Positions 59,648 to 64,000 of a DNA stretch of 64,000 nucleotides are shown one piece after another. Numbering within the stretch: position 1 is the first letter of the stretch; every line of letters starts with the position of its first letter. Source of the stretch: a virus (taxonomy: Duplodnaviria; Caudoviricetes). A program made the translations under genes and the position numbers. A model generated the notes under the pieces. The model was given only the letters and a program-made list of their open reading frames with translations. It had not been told where the DNA came from and ran no database searches. The DNA is taken from IMG/VR virus record IMGVR_UViG_3300010346_000241, positions 96,001 through 160,000 of that record. One strand, written 5' to 3'.

Positions 59648-60859
59648 TCACTCTTTTACATAAATACAAAACTTTCTAAAGCGAGTAGCTCCAACGTAGT
59701 TAAGTTTGTGATTTATGCTTTTGTTGAGTGACTCCTCTATGTATATGCCATTGTCATACTCAGAGCCTTGAGACATATGAGTAGTTATGGCATATCCAAA
59801 CTCAAATCTTTCATACTTTAGCATTGGGTCATTTCTTAAAGCTTCACGCTCTTTGGCATTAGCAGTGAAGTATGGATATGAACACTCCAGATTGTGAAAC
59901 ACATTACTTGCCAAATCATTAGAACCCATATCTGGAGCGAAGTCTAATATGAACTTCTTACTTTTGTTGTCATAGGAGTACTTAGGATCGTTTATACACA
60001 TTCCTAAGAGTCCATTGGTGAGACTGATACCATCTGGAGTTTCTATATTCCAGTTATTCTTGCGACATACTACTCTCTCACCATACATAGGTAGTTGTCC
60101 TCTGAAGCCATATGTAGCTCTCATAAGATCATTATAGTAGTCTCTTGTAACGTTTCTGCCACAGAGTATGATCTTTGACTTCAGAAGCATATCCATAGTG
60201 AGTTGGTTTCGATCAATAACGAGTGCATCTTTCCAAAGACCACAATGCGGTCGTAAACCGTTCTTTACCATCTGAGATATATAGACTATACCACTGTCTT
60301 GAGCCTGTCTCATGATCTCCGTGAGGAAGTGTATCTTTCGGGGATCATTCAGATATGCAGGCTTATCATGTACAGGTGGTAATTGATCTATATCTCCTGC
60401 TACTATGACAGGTATATGATGTTTCTCTATAGTACCTCTCATCTTAGGTGGTATAGTACTTCCTTCATCCACCAGTATGAGGTCTATATCTGGTAAAGAT
60501 TCTCTTTCAACGTACACTATCTTCATTTTAGGTTTGTTAGTCTTCGGGTCAATGACCTGATTACCTTTTTCATCTAAGACTGGTTCTATTACTGGCATAT
60601 ATAACCATGAATGTGCAGTCTTAGCATTCTCCATACCATGAACTCTCATATTGATTGCGGCCGCCCCAGTGTACGCAAGTGGGGCGACTCTGTGTCTCAT
60701 TATACCGAGATATTCGATTATAGTGTTTATCAGGTATGTTTTGCCTGAACCTGGTGGGCCAGAGATCTCAAATGGTTCTGATCTATCTCCTTTCCACCAT
60801 TCCATAGCTGCGTCGAACACTATACGTTGGTTAGTGTTCAGTGATGCATAATCATTCAT
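59648..60859 (-). CDS. SF1B helicase (RecD/Dda-like)
   Basis: GPPGSGKT, AYTGAAA, VDEGS, GDIDQLPPV, LTEIMRQ, YAITTHMSQGSEY, YVGATR. Confidence 0.9.
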   Translation of the reverse strand: MNDYASLNTNQRIVFDAAMEWWKGDRSEPFEISGPPGSGKTYLINTIIEYLGIMRHRVAPLAYTGAAAINMRVHGMENAKTAHSWLYMPVIEPVLDEKGNQVIDPKTNKPKMKIVYVERESLPDIDLILVDEGSTIPPKMRGTIEKHHIPVIVAGDIDQLPPVHDKPAYLNDPRKIHFLTEIMRQAQDSGIVYISQMVKNGLRPHCGLWKDALVIDRNQLTMDMLLKSKIILCGRNVTRDYYNDLMRATYGFRGQLPMYGERVVCRKNNWNIETPDGISLTNGLLGMCINDPKYSYDNKSKKFILDFAPDMGSNDLASNVFHNLECSYPYFTANAKEREALRNDPMLKYERFEFGYAITTHMSQGSEYDNGIYIEESLNKSINHKLNYVGATRFRKFCIYVKE

Positions 60860-61499
60860 AATGACGTCCTTTCATCTTCTTAGAGTAAACGATATAGTTG
60901 TCCAGAGCCGCACACTGATTGTATGCAGTTTCTCTATCTATTCCTTCTATCTGCATCATAAGATTGATGTAGCATACAGTATCTGTCATGAACTGATCTG
61001 AAGTAAGTCTAGTTCCATTATAGTCATCAAAGCACAGCTCAGCAGATTTGAGTTGGTTCTGACGACCATATATGTAGAATGACTTCACACTCAGATTTCT
61101 CTCTGCAGAAATCTTTGTGATGTATACAGTGAAGACTATCTCCATCATCTTGAGATTGAAGATAGGATCAAAGTTGACTATGTTTATGTCTCTGTTGTTG
61201 CCGATAACGGCAGGATATCTCATGAACTTGTTTCCGTTGTAAGGTAATGGTCTCATAGTATCATTATCTATGATGATGCCGTTACTTGTACCGATACCTG
61301 CATAGTACATGATATCCATAAATATGACTGATGGATCATATGTGAGAACTGTTCTGATAGCCTCACGATCTTTAGGCCTTACTGACTGTAACAGACCCTC
61401 TATACCAGTATAGGTGTCAAGATCAGGTATGCCTTTCTTATATTGACTTGCTGTAAGCTTCTTAAACGGAGAATAGTCAAGTGTATAAAGCATAGCCAT
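60852..61499 (-). CDS. Hypothetical protein, 215 aa
   Basis: AAGGAGG RBS; overlaps the helicase start. Confidence 0.8.
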   Translation of the reverse strand: MAMLYTLDYSPFKKLTASQYKKGIPDLDTYTGIEGLLQSVRPKDREAIRTVLTYDPSVIFMDIMYYAGIGTSNGIIIDNDTMRPLPYNGNKFMRYPAVIGNNRDINIVNFDPIFNLKMMEIVFTVYITKISAERNLSVKSFYIYGRQNQLKSAELCFDDYNGTRLTSDQFMTDTVCYINLMMQIEGIDRETAYNQCAALDNYIVYSKKMKGRHYE

Positions 61500-61558
61500 A
61501 TAGGTTCCTCCTTATTGTACTCCAGAACCATCTAATAAGTTATTCTGGAGGTGATTGA

Positions 61559-61906
61559 ATGGAATACTCGAAGTACAACTACGTACAGGAAGCTATCTTG
61601 TACGAAGAAGTAAACAAGTATGAAAATCCTACGGTCAAACATCCATTCTATATCAAGGCATTAGTACCTTTTGAAACAGAAGTTGGTAGGACTGTAGTGG
61701 TTAATAGATCTTACATCATGAACAAAGACCTTACTTGGTTGTCCACTAATAAGATGACTAGTGAAATCACGCTAGATCTTAAGATACCTAGAGAGATCAT
61801 GCTTGCCTATGAGGATAAGTTCATCCCTAAAGGTACTAAGTTCTTAGTCGCGTTCGTAGGCGGTAATATAAACAATGTACAGATCATCGGGAGGTGTTAC
61901 GAATGA
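61559..61906 (+). CDS. Hypothetical late protein (possible baseplate-associated)
   Basis: GGAGGTG RBS, AACC-atctaa-TA promoter; IPKGTKFLVAFVGG...IIGR resembles spike/hub OB-fold endings. Confidence 0.6.
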   Translation: MEYSKYNYVQEAILYEEVNKYENPTVKHPFYIKALVPFETEVGRTVVVNRSYIMNKDLTWLSTNKMTSEITLDLKIPREIMLAYEDKFIPKGTKFLVAFVGGNINNVQIIGRCYE

Positions 61907-62367
61907 AGTATAATAACTCATCTACCTACGTCAACTCTGCACAACAGGTTCCTTCAAGGACCTGTACTTTGGATGACTTTGTTAATGCTAAGCCATCTGG
62001 TCAGTTGTCATACTACTATCTTTCTCTGTTAGAGCCTGATACAGCGCATCACATCGAGTACGATGTATACAATGTCCTGTCAGACTACATACAGGATCTG
62101 AAAGATATGTCTACTAAGGTCAAGTTATCTGAGCAAGAGTATCTCAGATATCGTTTTAGACCTAAGCTCTTAGCCGACTTCCTCTATGGAAACGGAGAGC
62201 TCTATTACATTATACTGTGGCTCAATGACATTTGGTCTGTTAAAGACTTCAACTTCAGAGAAGTTCGTCTTATCTCAAAGTCTCAAATGTCTCAAGCACT
62301 CAGTAGTATCAATGGCTCCGAGAAGTCATTTATTGACTCCTACAACCAGTCCGCCTCTGCTACGTGA
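61903..62367 (+). CDS. Baseplate wedge (T4 gp53 / LysM-like) protein
   Basis: YRFRPKLLADFLYGNGELYYIILWLN. Confidence 0.65.
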   Translation: MKYNNSSTYVNSAQQVPSRTCTLDDFVNAKPSGQLSYYYLSLLEPDTAHHIEYDVYNVLSDYIQDLKDMSTKVKLSEQEYLRYRFRPKLLADFLYGNGELYYIILWLNDIWSVKDFNFREVRLISKSQMSQALSSINGSEKSFIDSYNQSASAT

Positions 62368-63999
62368 GGCTTCATACTCTTGTGGAGTCATAACTTCGAA
62401 CAGGTTTCTCTGTTCTATTATTCTGAAGAGAGGTGTATATAGTTCACCCTTCTTGCACTTCATATCTTCGTACTGAGAGCCTTCTATCTTGCTAAGACGG
62501 TTGATCTCTCTAGTACTAGCTATGTATGGATACATATCTATTCCATAGTTTGTCTTAAACTCCTTATTGAAGTCATCGACAAACCTCTGTTTGATAGAAC
62601 CCAAAGGATCAAGCATTAACGTATACAAGAATGAATATCGATCAGGTGTAAGAGTGCACTTAGTTGCACTCTTGCTCTTTGATGTCTTACCCTTCTTATA
62701 CTTATTCTTCTCATCTTCAGTCATCTTATCGAGATTTGGCATGACAGTACCACCTATAACAGTAGTCTTGCTCTTATCCTCGATACCTGCTTCTTTGAGA
62801 AGGTTCTTCTTGGTTGTCTCAGTAACTGCTGAGTTGAACCTATTAGAATTGTCTGGTATCATAGCTTCATCATCCACCATAATACCTTCATCATCACGCA
62901 TCTGCATCTCTACGAGTGTCTTCTTATGAACAGGCTCAGGTAAGCCTACATCTTCCATAAGACGCATAGAGAAATTGTTTGTGTAAGGATGATGAATGCA
63001 TCTCTTCTTAGTATTGATAAGAGGAGACTCTAAGTCTGCCTGGTATCTATTCTTAGCAAGTTTGATACCAAGGTACTTACGATGATTAACATCGAACTCT
63101 GGCACTATCATGAATGCCGCGTCGAGGTTATCAAGTATCTTCATAGACTCAGCTATGTTGTCTCTTCCGAGAAGATCTACAAGATCATCTGTTCCACTTT
63201 CTCTAGCTTCATCTATGTTTTTGTTTGCGCTTCTGTTGAACTGAGCTGCTGTAAGAACTGGAATGTGAAGCTCAGTTGCTATAGTCTTGAGCTCATTTGT
63301 TACAGCGCCAAGTCTAAGTCTCTCTTCAGATGCAGTAAATCTGTTAACTGAACGAATTCTGTTAAGATAGTCCAGAATGACACAGATAACTTCATATCCT
63401 GCTTCTTCAAGATCGTCTACTAAGTCGTAGATATATGAAGTATCCACAGACTCATTAGGCTTATATTTGACTACGATGTCTATCGGGTTGTCTGGTGTTA
63501 CTGCAAGACCGCCCTGTCTCATAAGCTGAATAGACTCGTTTACATCGTGATCTATAAGACTACCCTGTTCTGTTACCATCGAGAACTGACGTGACAGAGT
63601 TTCCTTAGGATGGTCTTCCATAGTCAGATATACTACACAAGGTGTCTTCGTAGGATCTTTACACTTGTAAGATCTATTGTACATCTTGATCTGATATGCT
63701 AAATTAACTAGGGTTGATGACTTACCTTCACCTTGGAGACCAAAGATACAGTAAGTTCTATCGGACTGGAAACCCCCTGCAAGAAGAATATTAAGTCCGA
63801 CCATTCCTGTAGCAAGTTTGTTGCCTGGGCTAGATAAGTCTGCATGGGTGTACATTACATAGTCTTCGAATATTCCCTCTTGCAGACAATACATTTGTTC
63901 ATCCGTCTTCTCTATACGATGACGACGGATAGCATTCTTGCTGTCATTTACAAGTCCCTTCCATTCTTCTACTATAGCAGGTTTCTGGTTAGGACTAGC
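62326..63999 (-). CDS. dnaB: DnaB-like replicative helicase (5' end outside window)
   Basis: GLQGEGKS, YLTME, LDYLNRI, ELKTIATELHIPVLTAAQFNR, KNR; frame open to the window edge. Confidence 0.9.
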   Translation of the reverse strand, partial: ASPNQKPAIVEEWKGLVNDSKNAIRRHRIEKTDEQMYCLQEGIFEDYVMYTHADLSSPGNKLATGMVGLNILLAGGFQSDRTYCIFGLQGEGKSSTLVNLAYQIKMYNRSYKCKDPTKTPCVVYLTMEDHPKETLSRQFSMVTEQGSLIDHDVNESIQLMRQGGLAVTPDNPIDIVVKYKPNESVDTSYIYDLVDDLEEAGYEVICVILDYLNRIRSVNRFTASEERLRLGAVTNELKTIATELHIPVLTAAQFNRSANKNIDEARESGTDDLVDLLGRDNIAESMKILDNLDAAFMIVPEFDVNHRKYLGIKLAKNRYQADLESPLINTKKRCIHHPYTNNFSMRLMEDVGLPEPVHKKTLVEMQMRDDEGIMVDDEAMIPDNSNRFNSAVTETTKKNLLKEAGIEDKSKTTVIGGTVMPNLDKMTEDEKNKYKKGKTSKSKSATKCTLTPDRYSFLYTLMLDPLGSIKQRFVDDFNKEFKTNYGIDMYPYIASTREINRLSKIEGSQYEDMKCKKGELYTPLFRIIEQRNLFEVMTPQEYEASRSRGGLVVGVNK

Positions 64000-64000
64000 T

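Noticed and set aside
1652-63351. Many antisense or overlapping ORFs in the track (e.g. 2512-3066, 14973-15605, 40034-40651)
   Set aside because: Shadows of long genes with biased codon usage; no RBS or recognisable motifs.
1-64000. Alternative genetic code or stop-codon reassignment
   Set aside because: Long core genes are intact in code 11, all three stops end genes, and the tRNA has an ordinary TTG anticodon.
1-64000. CRISPR array, IS element, introns or inteins
   Set aside because: No repeat-spacer array, transposase or intein motifs seen; RNAP, gyrase, ligase and helicase frames are continuous.

Overview
A 64-kb segment of an AT-rich jumbo bacteriophage genome of the phiKZ/AR9 (PBS1)-related lineage. 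Strong AGGAGG ribosome-binding sites suggest a Bacillota host. It carries pieces of two multisubunit RNA polymerases: a virion-type beta (large subunit plus a small C-terminal fragment) and a split non-virion-type beta. It also encodes GyrA/GyrB-type topoisomerase II, NAD-dependent ligase, DnaB- and RecD/Dda-like helicases, UvsX/RecA, SbcC, a tubulin (PhuZ/TubZ-like), prohead protease, holin, ThyX, a dTMP-kinase-like protein, a MYG1-like nuclease and tRNA-Gln. Features not explained by gene calls: (1) about 20 intergenic AAC[A/C/T]-N6-T[A/G] sites matching the AR9 late-promoter consensus in a phage that encodes ThyX; (2) a five-fold QxxLF tail on the non-virion RNAP beta, with related LF motifs in the helicase, ligase and small Zn-ribbon proteins; (3) virion proteins that look like protease-cut polyproteins; (4) at least three structured non-coding RNA candidates, two starting exactly at predicted late +1 sites; (5) a 136-bp exact promoter/N-terminus duplication; (6) a UUU-UGA +1 frameshift candidate. 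All family assignments come from motif recognition by eye; no database search was run. Several starts were moved to the RBS-supported codon.
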